Positions 9,480-19,031 of a stretch of 64,000 nt of DNA are shown in pieces. Position numbers and translations under genes: made by a program. Position 1 is the stretch's first letter. Each line of letters opens with the position of its first letter. The stretch spans positions 1,536,001 through 1,600,000 of the forward strand of contig CAVZVA010000010.1 of assembly GCA_963778655.1 (NCBI GenBank), read 5' to 3'. The notes beneath the pieces are model-generated. The model was not told where the DNA came from. It was given only the letters and a program-made list of their open reading frames with translations, and searched no databases. Source of the stretch: an uncultured delta proteobacterium. Its GTDB lineage: Bacteria; Myxococcota_A; Polyangia; Polyangiales; JAFGIB01.

Positions 9480-10895
9480 CTACAGCGAGGCGCGTGCCTC
9501 GCTGCGCGCCGCCAGGTAGCTGGGCAGATAGATCGAGAAAACGGTGCCCGCGCCCGGTGCGGAGCTGACGTCGATCGCGCCCTCGTGACCGCGCACGATG
9601 AAGTAGGCGGTGGAAAGCCCGAGCCCGCTGCCGCGCTCCTTGTCCTTGGTGGTGAAGAAGGGCTCGAACAGTCGGGCCAGGACCTCCTCCGACATGCCGC
9701 TGCCGGTGTCGCGCACGCGCAAGCGGCCGAACGCACGCGCCGGCGGAAGCCCGAGGCGCGCGTGCAGCGCTTCGTCGGCGACCACATCGGCGGTCTCGAT
9801 CGAAATCGTCCCGCCGGCCGGCATCGCGTCACGCGCGTTCACGCACAGGTTCATCAAGACCTGCTCGATCTGCGCGGGGTCCGCCAGCACCGCGTGCGTC
9901 GCGCGATCGTCGACGCCGAGCGCGACGTGCTCGGGCAGCGTACCGCGCAGCAAGCGGGTGACGTCCTGGATCACGGCGGTGAGCGCGACCGGCTTGCGCT
10001 CGGTCGGCTGCGGGCGGCCGAACGCCAGCAGCTGGCGCGTGAGGGTGGTCGCGCGCTCGGTCGCGGCCCGGATCTCGCGTAGCCAGGCCTGCGCGTCGTC
10101 CGGGCGCTGCTGCAGCGCGCGCTCGGCCAGCTCGGCGTGGGAGCTGATGATCAGGAGCAGGTTGTTGAAGTCGTGCGCCAGCCCGGCGGAAAGCTCGCCC
10201 AGCGCGGCCAGCCGGCCGGCGCGCGCGAGCCGCGCCTCGGACTCGGCGCGCGCGACCTCGAGCTGGAGCTTGCGGCTCTCTTCGGCCAGGCGCAGGCGGC
10301 GGCGCTCGGCCTCATCGCGCGCGCGCAGCGCCGCGTTCTTCGTGCCCTCGTACGCGCTCGCGATGGCCACCACCAGCGCGAGCGCGGTGAGCCCGCCCGC
10401 GAGCTGCAGCGGGCCGCGGTGAACGGCCGGAAACTGATCGACCAGCGGTGCTGGCCACGCGGCAAACACCAGCAGCTCGCAGGCGCCGGCGGCCGCCCAC
10501 AGCAAGCCGGAGCGCCACCCCGCGCTCAGCACCGCGACCAAGGGCACGAACGCGAGCGCGAGCATGGGCGGGGCTGCGACGCCGCCTCGAAGGTAGATCA
10601 GCAGCGTGATCGACCCGAACAGCAGCGCAGACATCAGGTTTCCGGCCAGCGCGAGCGCGCCGCTGCGCACCACGAACGTCAGCCCCAGCGCGCCCACCGT
10701 CACCGCAGCGGCCGCGAAGCCCTGTAGGCGTGGCCCTACGCTCAGGAAAAGCGCGGCGCGCACACCGGTCAACAGCGCGAGCACGCACAGCGCCACCAGC
10801 GTGAATTGCGCCCGGCGCACCGACTCCGAGCCGGGGGGGCCGAGCCGTTCCGGCACGAAGAAACCCAACGCCGCGCGCAGAGGAGCCATCATCAC
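9480..10895 (-). CDS. Membrane sensor histidine kinase without a receiver domain
   Basis: About 5-6 TM helices; H-box GLAHDFNNLL; N-box QVLMNLCVNARDAM; G1 DTGSGM; F EPFFTTK; G2 GSGLGL. Confidence 0.93.
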   Translation of the reverse strand: MMMAPLRAALGFFVPERLGPPGSESVRRAQFTLVALCVLALLTGVRAALFLSVGPRLQGFAAAAVTVGALGLTFVVRSGALALAGNLMSALLFGSITLLIYLRGGVAAPPMLALAFVPLVAVLSAGWRSGLLWAAAGACELLVFAAWPAPLVDQFPAVHRGPLQLAGGLTALALVVAIASAYEGTKNAALRARDEAERRRLRLAEESRKLQLEVARAESEARLARAGRLAALGELSAGLAHDFNNLLLIISSHAELAERALQQRPDDAQAWLREIRAATERATTLTRQLLAFGRPQPTERKPVALTAVIQDVTRLLRGTLPEHVALGVDDRATHAVLADPAQIEQVLMNLCVNARDAMPAGGTISIETADVVADEALHARLGLPPARAFGRLRVRDTGSGMSEEVLARLFEPFFTTKDKERGSGLGLSTAYFIVRGHEGAIDVSSAPGAGTVFSIYLPSYLAARSEARASL

Positions 10896-11020
10896 CCTTC
10901 GAGCTGCTCCTGACGCTACGATAGCGGGTCGGTAAGCCCGGCGCGAGGGCGTGGGCCCCCGCCCCCAGCTTGTAGGTCCCCCGCTTGCTGGCGCCCGGCG
11001 CCTGAGCGAGAAAGCTGGTC

Positions 11021-11566
11021 ATGGCAAGCAAGCTCACCAAAGGGCGACTGGTCGATTGCACGCTGGAGCGGCACGGGGCGCAGATCCTCGACATCCTGAA
11101 CGAGGCCATCGCGAACACCACGGCGGTCTACGACTACGAGCCGCGCGCCCTGTCGAGCATGCAGGGCTGGTTCGAGGGCAAGGCCGGCGCGGGCCATCCG
11201 GTGCTGGGGCTCGAGGCCGGAGGCGGGACGCTGCTCGGATTCGCGACCTACGGGGTGTTCCGCGCCCGGCCGGCCTACAAATACACGGTCGAGCACTCGG
11301 TCTACGTCCGCCAGGACGCGCGCGGCCGGGGCCTGGGCGGCGCGCTGCTCGGCGAGTTGATCGAAGTCGCCCGACAGCGAGACTGCCACGTGCTGGTGGC
11401 CGGCATCGACGCCGAGAATCAGGCCAGCATCGCGCTGCACCGCAGGCACGGCTTCCAGCCCGCGGGCATCGTGCGGCAGTGCGGCTTCAAGTTCGGGCGC
11501 TGGCTGGACCTCGCGTTCTACCAGCTCACGCTGCCCACCCCCAGCCATCCGGTCGACGGCACCTGA
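11021..11566 (+). CDS. GNAT N-acetyltransferase, phosphinothricin/methionine-sulfoximine (Pat/MnaT) type
   Basis: FRARPAYKYTVEHSVYV, RGRGLG, NQASIALH, GFKFGRWLDL. Confidence 0.92.
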   Translation: MASKLTKGRLVDCTLERHGAQILDILNEAIANTTAVYDYEPRALSSMQGWFEGKAGAGHPVLGLEAGGGTLLGFATYGVFRARPAYKYTVEHSVYVRQDARGRGLGGALLGELIEVARQRDCHVLVAGIDAENQASIALHRRHGFQPAGIVRQCGFKFGRWLDLAFYQLTLPTPSHPVDGT

Positions 11567-11587
11567 AGAGCGCTGCGGACAGAAACG

Positions 11588-11622
11588 GCACGGCCCGCCT
11601 CGAGGCGCGAGGCGGGCCGTGC
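11588..11622. terminator. Strong hairpin between convergent genes
   Basis: GCACGGCCCGCCTCG / CGAGGCGGGCCGTGC: perfect 15-bp stem with a 5-nt loop. Confidence 0.6.
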
Positions 11623-11642
11623 TTGCAGACAGCGGGCGTCGC

Positions 11643-12747
11643 CTAGGGCGTGACGACCTCCCAGCTGAACGGCCCGAACGCGGTGTCGCCCGCGGGCGCG
11701 TCGGCGCGCGGGTCGATCGTGAGCTTCAGCCACTGCAGCGGGAAGGTGCTGCCGTGCACCACGATGCGGTAGAAGCTCGGCACTTCGTAGCCGGGGTGAA
11801 TGGGGTTATCCATCACGAGCGGGTTGCCCACCTGGTACTCGTGGGAGTCGCCGTTGAGCATCAGCACCGGCTTGCCGAATGCGAGCGTGTGCGAGGCGAC
11901 GCTCTGCACGAACGGCTCGTAGCCTGCCTGGTGCTCGGCACCCTTCTCCGGATCCCACATGTCGGCCTGGGCCTGGATCACCACCGCCTTGGCGCCGGTG
12001 AGCTTGGCCACGAAGAAGGCGGCGTCGAGCCAGCGCAGATCGGCGGCGGTGCGCTCGGTGCGCTCGGTCGTCTGCTCGGCGGTCTCGGTGTCCGCCCCGA
12101 ACCACGCGTCCTGGTCGTTGTTGGAGCCGCCGGGCAAGTTGATGGCGACGAACAGCACCCGAGACTGCTCCCACATCACGTTCTCGACGTACTTGCCGTC
12201 GGAGGCGTAGCGAGGGTCGTGGAAGGTCGCCTGCGACAGCACCAGCTTCTTGCGGCCGCCCAGCGTGACGCCCGGCTTGGTGAAGAAGATCGAGCGGATC
12301 GAGATCGAGGTTCGCCACCGGGTTTCCGCCCGCGTAGCTCACCGGGTTGCCGTCGGCGTCGAGCAGGCCGCCGCCCTCCTTGCTCTTGTGGCAGTCGGTC
12401 CACTCGTTGTCGCCCGGGGTGTACACCAGCGGATCCGTGAAGCGCGTCCACAGCTCGTAGATCGAGCGGTCGTAGGCCGCGGTGCAGTACTGGCTGCCGG
12501 AGTGGATGTCGCCCACGTGCAGCACCAGGCTGACCTTGGGGTCTGCGTTGATCGAGTCGATGAAGGCCGGGCTGGCCTCGAGCTCGGCGGTGTCGGTCGG
12601 CGAGGTGCCGTAAGGCGAGTCGCCGTAGACCGCGACCGTGAGCACGTTGGCCGAGCCGGAGCTGATCGGGCTTCCATTACCGGCCAGCGCGGTCGCGGTC
12701 ACGAACAGACCGCCCGCCAGCAAGAGCATGAACCAGAGCGTACGCAT
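11643..12747 (-). pseudogene. Secreted calcineurin-like metallophosphoesterase split by a +1 frameshift near 12300 (pseudogene or sequencing error)
   Basis: Frame 1 has a signal peptide, YGDSPY, HVGDIH and TPGDNEW; frame 2 has NGDSH. Removing one base at about 12300 gives ...PVANLDLIRSIFFTKPG... as one continuous ORF. Confidence 0.85.
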
Positions 12748-12994
12748 CAGCAGATCTCCTTTTGGGGTGAGTGCGGAGCGACCTTAGCCACGCGCGTCTC
12801 GCGCGGCGTGACGGCCGGGTGCCGATTTCGGGAAAACGGTGCGACGGCACGGTGTCGGGCGCGACTCGCGGGCGCGCCAACGCTGCGGGCGTTGCTGTAC
12901 CTGTCCGCAAAGTCCGCCTGGTGGCCGAGCGACCAGCCCCGGTCGTGGGTGGGCTCCGATCTCACGCCGCGGATCGGCACGCTGCCGGCCAAGG

Positions 12995-13025
12995 CGCGCT
13001 CAGACTCGCTTGGAGCCTGAGCGCG
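12995..13025 (-). terminator. Hairpin just downstream of the transporter-USP gene
   Basis: CGCGCTCAG / CTGAGCGCG 9-bp arms with further internal pairing, 16 bp after the stop at 13042. Confidence 0.35.
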
Positions 13026-13041
13026 TCGGCGCGCGCGGGCC

Positions 13042-15323
13042 TCACGGCAGGGCGGCGCGCTCGGCCGGCACCGCGGAGACCAGGAACACGGGGCACGGTG
13101 TCCGCTGCAGCACCTGGTCGACCACGCTGCCGAGCTTGACGTGCTGCTGGCGCGCGACACCGCCGCGGCCGTGGCTGACCATCATCAGCAGGTCCACGCC
13201 TTCGCTCTCGGCCAGGCGCAGGATGGTCTGCGCCGGCGCGCTGCCCTCGATACGCGCTTCGACCGCGATGCCCTTGGCCGCGAGAACGGCCGCGATGCGC
13301 TCGAGGTAGGCGTGTAGCTTGTCCGAAAGCGCGTCGGAGTCCGCGCCTTCCGGCACCGACAGCAGCGTGACGCGCCCGCCGAAGCGCCCGGCCAGCTCCT
13401 GCACGTAGGGCAGCACCTCCTCGGCGATCGCCGAGCCGTCGAGCGTAACCAGCAGCCGCGAGAAGCGCGTGCGCATGCTGCGCCAGTTGTTGGTCTTGTG
13501 CAGCACGATCAGCGGCGGGGTGGTGTGGTAGATGACCTTGGTGGTGACGCTGGAGATCAACCAGCGCTGCCAGGGGCTGCGGCCCTGCGTGGTCATCACC
13601 ACGGCGTCGACGCCCCCGCCGCGCGCCACCTGGGCGATCTGCTCCGAGGCCGAGCCGTGCTTGATCAGCGTGGCGACCTCGTGCCCGCTCGAGCGCAGCT
13701 GCTCGGCCACCTGGCCCAGGTACTCGCTCGCCGCGGCCTCGCCCGGGAGCTGGCCGTGGGCCGGCGCCTGCTCCGGGTCGAGCACCGCGAGCAAGGTGAG
13801 CTTGGCGCCGTAGGCCAGCGCGAGCGCGTGTGCGACGTTGGTGGCCTGCTCGGCGTCGGGCGATTGATCGAGCGGCAACAGCACGTTGCGAAACAGCGTG
13901 CCGGTGTACATCGACTGGCTGATCAGCGGGGGCAGCGAGCTCGCCGAGATCAGCAACCCCAGCCGTTCCTCGACGCTGGAGGGCGCGCCCAGCCGCCGCC
14001 GCGACCAGCCGAACGCGGTGTATAGCGCCGGCAGCAGCAGGAAGTACGCCCACGCGCCCTGCTTGAAACGATCGCCGAAGATGACCAGGGTCGCCGCCGT
14101 GGTCAGCGCGGCGGCCACGATCGTGCCGAAAAGACCCAACGCGCCCTGCAGCGTGGGCACGGCGCGTAGATGGCGGCTCAGGCGCTTGACCGCGGCCCAG
14201 CCGGTCAGGCTGAGCAGGATGAACACGCCGGCGGCGTACAACGCCAGATAGGTGTCTTCCTGCGTGCCGAACAGCACGAAGCACAGCACGCACACCGTGA
14301 CCTCGATCCAGACCGGCTTGTCCGCCACGTCGTAGCGGTTCTTCTGCCCCAGGTAGGCCGGGATGTAGTGGCGGTAGCGCAGGCCGAGCCCGAGGTTCTG
14401 GATGCCCTGCGCGCTGGCCGCCGCCGCCGACAGCAGCACCGCCACGCCCACCAGCGAGCCGAGATACGAGAGCGGTCCCGGCAGCAGCTTGTCCATGGTC
14501 TGGGTGAACACCGAGACCTGCGAATCGAACGGATCGGCGAGCTCGCGGATCGCCGGACCCACGATCAACATCGTCGCCGAGGTGGTGCCCATCACGATCA
14601 GCAGGCTGCCGAAGGCCTTGCGGCTGCGCACCGGCGCCGGCCCTTCGTAGGCGGCCACCAGGTTGGCGAAGATCTCGATGCCGGTCATCAGCGCCAGGAT
14701 GCGCGCGTAACCGCCCAGCGTGGGCCCGAGGTGCGGGTGGTTGAAGGCCGAGAGGTGAAGGGCCGGCAGGCGCAGGCCGAGCCGCCAGATGGTCGCGAAG
14801 ATCATGACCCACAGCAGCAGCAGGATGGCGGCCGTGGCCGGTCCGAACGCGCGCGCGGCCATCTTGGGACCGCGGTTGACGGCGAAGCCGGTGAGCAGGC
14901 TGAGCGCGACCGCCACCAGCGTGCGCAGCGACACGCCGCCGAGGCTCTTGTCCAGCACCGGCGCGCGGTCGGCGATGAAGGTGACCAGCGCCGCCATGCT
15001 GACCAGGAAGGTCAGCGTGTACTCGACCACGGTGATGCCGGCGTTGAGCTTGACCGCCCAGGGGCCGAGCTCCTCCTCGCTCAGCCCGCTGCCGCCGCTG
15101 CCGTCGGTGACCCAGATCATCACCAAGCGGTACATGGCGGAGACGGTGGCGACGGTGAGCACCGCCAGCCAGATCGAGGCGCCGAAGGTGATGTCCGCGA
15201 CGCCCGCTGCGACCACCAGCTTGAGGAACGGTCCGAACACGTATAGCGGCGAGGTGGCGGGATCCCCCCGCCCGCCAGCGCGCCCTGCAGCGAGCCCGAG
15301 AGCTTGTGCGAGACGTGAGCCAT
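13042..15323 (-). CDS. APC-superfamily KimA/KUP-like transporter fused to two universal stress protein domains; probable frameshift in the C6 run at 15264-15269
   Basis: About 12 TM helices with GDPATSPLY, EYTLT, MTGIE, LYAAGVF; then two USP domains (NVLLPLDQS...VMTTQGRS and RLLVTLDGS...LGSVVDQVLQRTPCPV). The likely start ATG 15323 (MAHVSHKLSGSLQGALAGG) is one base out of frame with the long ORF 13042..15354. Confidence 0.85.
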
Positions 15324-15490
15324 GGCTGGTCTTACTACGCCGCGGCCGGTGCATGGCACAAATGCGCGCATCGGCCCCGGGCGTGGCTCAGCTGGGTCCG
15401 CCGCGCCACGCGTGTCGCCAGCGCCTGCACGCTCGGCTTGCGTCGCTCGGCAGAGTCTCTACCCTGGCAGAGTCTCAACCCTGACAGCCG

Positions 15491-16168
15491 ATGCGCGCGG
15501 CGCTCCCGAGTGGCGGGGTGGCGGCGATCTTGCTGGCGCTCGCCGGGCTGAGCTGCAGCCGCGGCGCGCTCCATACGGGCCTCGTGGCCGACACGGATAC
15601 CAGCGCGGCCTGCGGGGGGGCCTCGGCCCTGCCTGCGGACCTCGGCAAGGTGCGGAAGCTCGTCATGGCCGGCGCCCACGCGTGCGCGCTGCGCGAGGAC
15701 GGGAGCATGCGCGGTTGGGGCGCTGGGTCCTACGGGGAAGCCAGCGTGCCCAAGACCCTGCCTCCGATCGCCGGCGTCAGCGGCGGCTGGCGGCACACCT
15801 GCCTGCTGCTCCAGGACGGAAGGGTCCGCTGCATGGGTGCGGACGAGTACGGCCAGGCGAGCCCGCCCGCGGAGCTCGGACCGGCGAGCGAGCTGGTGTC
15901 GGGCTTCTATTTCAGCTGTGCCTTGGTCGGCGACAGGTGCGCGCTGCGCCTGCGCCCCGAGGGCTCGCTGCGCGCCAGCGCCCGCAAGTTCTTGAACGAG
16001 CTGGCGGCCGCCATGGCGAGCATGCACGTGGCGATCAGCAGGGCCGGAACGTCGAGCGCCTCGAGCGCGACGCCGCCGATCGAGACCACAGGCGCGAACC
16101 CCAGGGCCAGCGCCGCGATGCAGCTCATCAGCAGCAGCCGGCCTTCGGTCGGGCCGATTCCGTTGTAG
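15491..16168 (+). CDS. RCC1-repeat lipoprotein, apparently truncated (about 2.5 repeats); 3' end runs antisense into the next gene
   Basis: Lipobox LAGLSC; HACALREDGSMRGWG..YGE, HTCLLLQDGRVRCMG..YGQ, SGFYFSCAL; sequence loses family character after about 15935. Confidence 0.65.
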   Translation: MRAALPSGGVAAILLALAGLSCSRGALHTGLVADTDTSAACGGASALPADLGKVRKLVMAGAHACALREDGSMRGWGAGSYGEASVPKTLPPIAGVSGGWRHTCLLLQDGRVRCMGADEYGQASPPAELGPASELVSGFYFSCALVGDRCALRLRPEGSLRASARKFLNELAAAMASMHVAISRAGTSSASSATPPIETTGANPRASAAMQLISSSRPSVGPIPL

Positions 16169-16680
16169 GCGATCTCGTAGATGCCCAAGGTCTTGAGCTG
16201 GAGGTGGGTGTTGATGGCCATCAGGTAGTACGCGCTGATCACGATCAGCGCGACGCTGAAGCTCATGTATGGCGACTGGCCGAGTCCGCACAGGATTGCG
16301 GCGACCGACATCATGTCCATCAAGTGGTCGAGATAGAAGCCGTAGCGCGGCCGCTCGGTCTTGCGCACGCGGGCGAGGGTGCCGTCGAGGCTGTCCCCGA
16401 GCCAGTTGAGCACCAGCAGCCCGTTGGCGACCCACAGCAGCTGCGCGCCCTGCGCGGCCTCGGACAAGCACCACGCCGCGCCCAGCGCCGCGAGCAGCCC
16501 GAGCGCCGTCAGGTGATCGGGCAGCACCCACGCGGGCAGCGCGCGCGCCAGGCGCGGCAGCACGCGCGCCTCGAAGGGGCCGAGCCAGTGCACCGCCTTG
16601 CGCTCGAAGGCCGGACGGGCGGCGCTCGGCGGGATGCTCAGGCCGTGACGGTTCGCGTCGATGTGCGGGTACGAAGGCAT
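15907..16680 (-). CDS. CDP-alcohol phosphatidyltransferase family protein
   Basis: PDHLT; DSLDGTLAR...RYGFYLDHLMD matches the DxxDGxxAR...GxxxDxxxD signature; GPTE motif. Start at ATG 16680. Confidence 0.92.
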   Translation of the reverse strand: MPSYPHIDANRHGLSIPPSAARPAFERKAVHWLGPFEARVLPRLARALPAWVLPDHLTALGLLAALGAAWCLSEAAQGAQLLWVANGLLVLNWLGDSLDGTLARVRKTERPRYGFYLDHLMDMMSVAAILCGLGQSPYMSFSVALIVISAYYLMAINTHLQLKTLGIYEIAYNGIGPTEGRLLLMSCIAALALGFAPVVSIGGVALEALDVPALLIATCMLAMAAASSFKNLRALARSEPSGRRRSAHLSPTKAQLK

Positions 16681-17924
16681 GACGACTCCTTTGCTTCGGG
16701 GACCTCGGAAACGCGATCGGTTGCGCTGTAGGCGTGCGGCATGGCCCAGCGGCCGGTGCGCAGCAGGTGCAGCAGCCAGCGCGCCGATTCCGACAGCCAG
16801 GCCGAGCTCGGCGCTGGCTGCCGTGCGGCCAGACGCGCGTCGAGCGCAGCCTGGATGCGTTGCGCGCGCGCGCTCCAGCTCGCGTCGAGCGCCGCCGCGC
16901 GCGCGCCCGCGGCCAGGCCCGCCGTCAACACGGGGTCCGCAAGCAGCGTCGCGACCGCGCTGGCCAGGGCCTGCGGTCGATCCGGCTCGACCAGCCACGC
17001 GTTGGTGCCGTGTGCCAGCACCTCGCGGTTGTCGGGGGTGGCTCCGGCGATGATCGGCTTGCCCGCGCCGAGGTACAGAAAGGTCTTGAGCGGGAGCACG
17101 GTCGAGCCGTGAAGCTGCAGTGGGGCGCTCGCAGGCGGGATCAGCAGCAGGTCGGCTGCGTGCAGATAGCGCGCCAGCTTCCTCGGCGGCTGAAACCCGA
17201 TCAACGTGACGTTGGGGATCGCGCGCGCAGCGGCCTCGATCGGGGAGCCGCCTTCGGCGCCGACCAGCAGGAAATCCACACCCGGGCTCAGGCGCGCCGC
17301 GGCCAGCACCACGTCGAGGCCCTTCTTGTGGTTGACGCGACCGGTGTACACCACCAGCGGCCGCTGCAGCGAGAGCCCCAGGCCGCGCCGGGCTTCGGAG
17401 CTGGACGCGGCCGGCTCGAGCAGCGCGGGGTCGAAGCCGGTGTGGATTGCGACCAGCTTGCGACCGTCGATGCCGATGCGGGTGTAGCAGCGCAGCGTGA
17501 GCTGCGAATGACAGACCACCAGCAACAGTCGCGGATGGTTCAGCAGCCAACGCAGAAAGGGTTGCAGTGGAGGCAGCTGATCGCCCCACGGCCGGTAGTG
17601 GTCGAAGACCACCGGCGCCCGGCACAGCACTGCGACCGCGGCCACCAGCAGGTTGCGCGTATAGACCGCGTCGTGCTCGCGCAGCTCACGCCGGAACGGC
17701 AGCGACAGCGCCATGAACAGATGCCGCAGCAAGGCGAAGCGCAACGGCGCCCGGCAACGCCGCAGCTCCAGGTCACCGTCCCACACACTCCCGGCCTGCG
17801 CCCCCGGCACCAGCATCCGCGCCCCGGGCCAGCGCTGCGCCAGCGCCTTCGCCGTCTGCACGGACACCTCCGCATCGGCCAACCGACTGGGCAACGCATT
17901 CTCGAACGTAAACAGCAGCCTCAT
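16638..17924 (-). CDS. Glycosyltransferase family 4
   Basis: VVYTGRVNHKKGLD, ADLLLIP, PLKTFLYLGAGKPII GT-B/GT4 motifs; start MRLLFTFEN at 17924. Confidence 0.88.
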   Translation of the reverse strand: MRLLFTFENALPSRLADAEVSVQTAKALAQRWPGARMLVPGAQAGSVWDGDLELRRCRAPLRFALLRHLFMALSLPFRRELREHDAVYTRNLLVAAVAVLCRAPVVFDHYRPWGDQLPPLQPFLRWLLNHPRLLLVVCHSQLTLRCYTRIGIDGRKLVAIHTGFDPALLEPAASSSEARRGLGLSLQRPLVVYTGRVNHKKGLDVVLAAARLSPGVDFLLVGAEGGSPIEAAARAIPNVTLIGFQPPRKLARYLHAADLLLIPPASAPLQLHGSTVLPLKTFLYLGAGKPIIAGATPDNREVLAHGTNAWLVEPDRPQALASAVATLLADPVLTAGLAAGARAAALDASWSARAQRIQAALDARLAARQPAPSSAWLSESARWLLHLLRTGRWAMPHAYSATDRVSEVPEAKESSCLRTRTSTRTVTA

Positions 17925-18189
17925 TCGCACGTCCCGAGCGCACCGGCGGCGAGACCGTCCAGGCAGCAACCAGCCACCGCACAAGTCCGGCGCCATCCCT
18001 TCTATCTGCACGCGACCTGCACGCGACGTGCCAGCCTGAGATACGCGGCTTTTTCGGCCGCGCTCCACGCAAATCGCCCCACGCTTGTTGCATGCGGACG
18101 ACAGCGTGCCGCCTGAGCGTGCCACCGCGGCAACAGGCGAGCGGCGACCGATCGCGCACCCTCAGCGCTCCCCGCACCACGGTTCGGAG

Positions 18190-18570
18190 GGCACGTTATC
18201 TCTTCGAGCGCGACCGTCACTGCCGAGAGCCGCCGACATTTCACCAGCTGCACCGCGCTGGTCTTCGCTTCGTGCTCGGCCAAAACGCATGGGGCTTCAA
18301 CGAGCGAATCGTGGCGCAGCAGGGACTTTCCTGTGCCCCGGCGACCCCACGCATACGTTTGCATGTAACCTTCTCCAGATGGTCGAGGACCAACCCGGCG
18401 CCATCGGCATGCAGCGGCTCGAGATCAGTCCCAAGCTCGTCAGTGAGGCATTGGGTCGGCTGCGCAGGATGAACATCACCACCGCAACGCTATTCCCCGG
18501 CTTCGAGGGCTTCGCGCAGTCGCTCGAGACGCTGATCGCGGAGCCCGACGTCCTGTGTCCGGAGTCTGAT
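18190..18570 (+). pseudogene. C-terminal remnant of an FRG-domain protein (5'-truncated, frameshift at 18327-18329)
   Basis: FNERIVAQQG in one frame joins FLCPGD...LRRMNITTATLFPGFEGFAQSL in another; no N-terminal FRG motif upstream; locally lower GC. Confidence 0.7.
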
Positions 18571-18651
18571 CGAAGCTCTCCATTTCGGCAGCAGCGATCG
18601 GCAGATTGTGTTCGCTTGTCTGCGCGCGGCAGGGACTGGCACCAAACCCAA

Positions 18652-18941
18652 GGCTCGGCGGGGCCGGGGGTTGCGCGGGGGCGTAGAGGCATGCCAGGCG
18701 CCAGCGGGCACAGCACCGCTTGGCATGACTCTCCGAGTGCGGCGTGCGCGGCGCGGGAAGAGCCGGCGGTCTCGTCGCAACCGCCGCAAGTGCACGCCGC
18801 ACGTCCCCCGCGCAGCCCCCGGCCCCGCCGAGCCGCCGCCGAGCACCAGACCGATGACCTGGACTCGCACTCGACTCCCGCAACCGCCGTACCCCCCGCG
18901 CAGCCCCGGACCCGGTAAGCCGCCGCCCAGCACCAGACCGA
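18652..18941. repeat. REP/BIME-like cluster: a 30-bp inverted pair plus a third degenerate direct copy
   Basis: 18652-18681 is the reverse complement of 18805-18834 with 1 mismatch; 18805-18854 recurs at 18893-18941 (cccccgcgcagcccc...gccgccgccnagcaccagaccga). Confidence 0.8.
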
Positions 18942-19031
18942 AATGGCCCGCTCTTCGATCGCCCAGCCGATGGCGGCATACGTGCCGGACCGTGCACGGG
19001 CGAGCGCGAGCAGCACGCCCACAAGCGGCGT

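Noticed and set aside
11021..11566. Herbicide or antibiotic resistance determinant
   Set aside because: Pat/MnaT-like GNATs are widespread housekeeping detoxification enzymes; there is no mobile context.
18652..18941. Possible CRISPR array
   Set aside because: Only 2-3 degenerate copies in mixed orientation, GC-rich, and no cas genes or leader.
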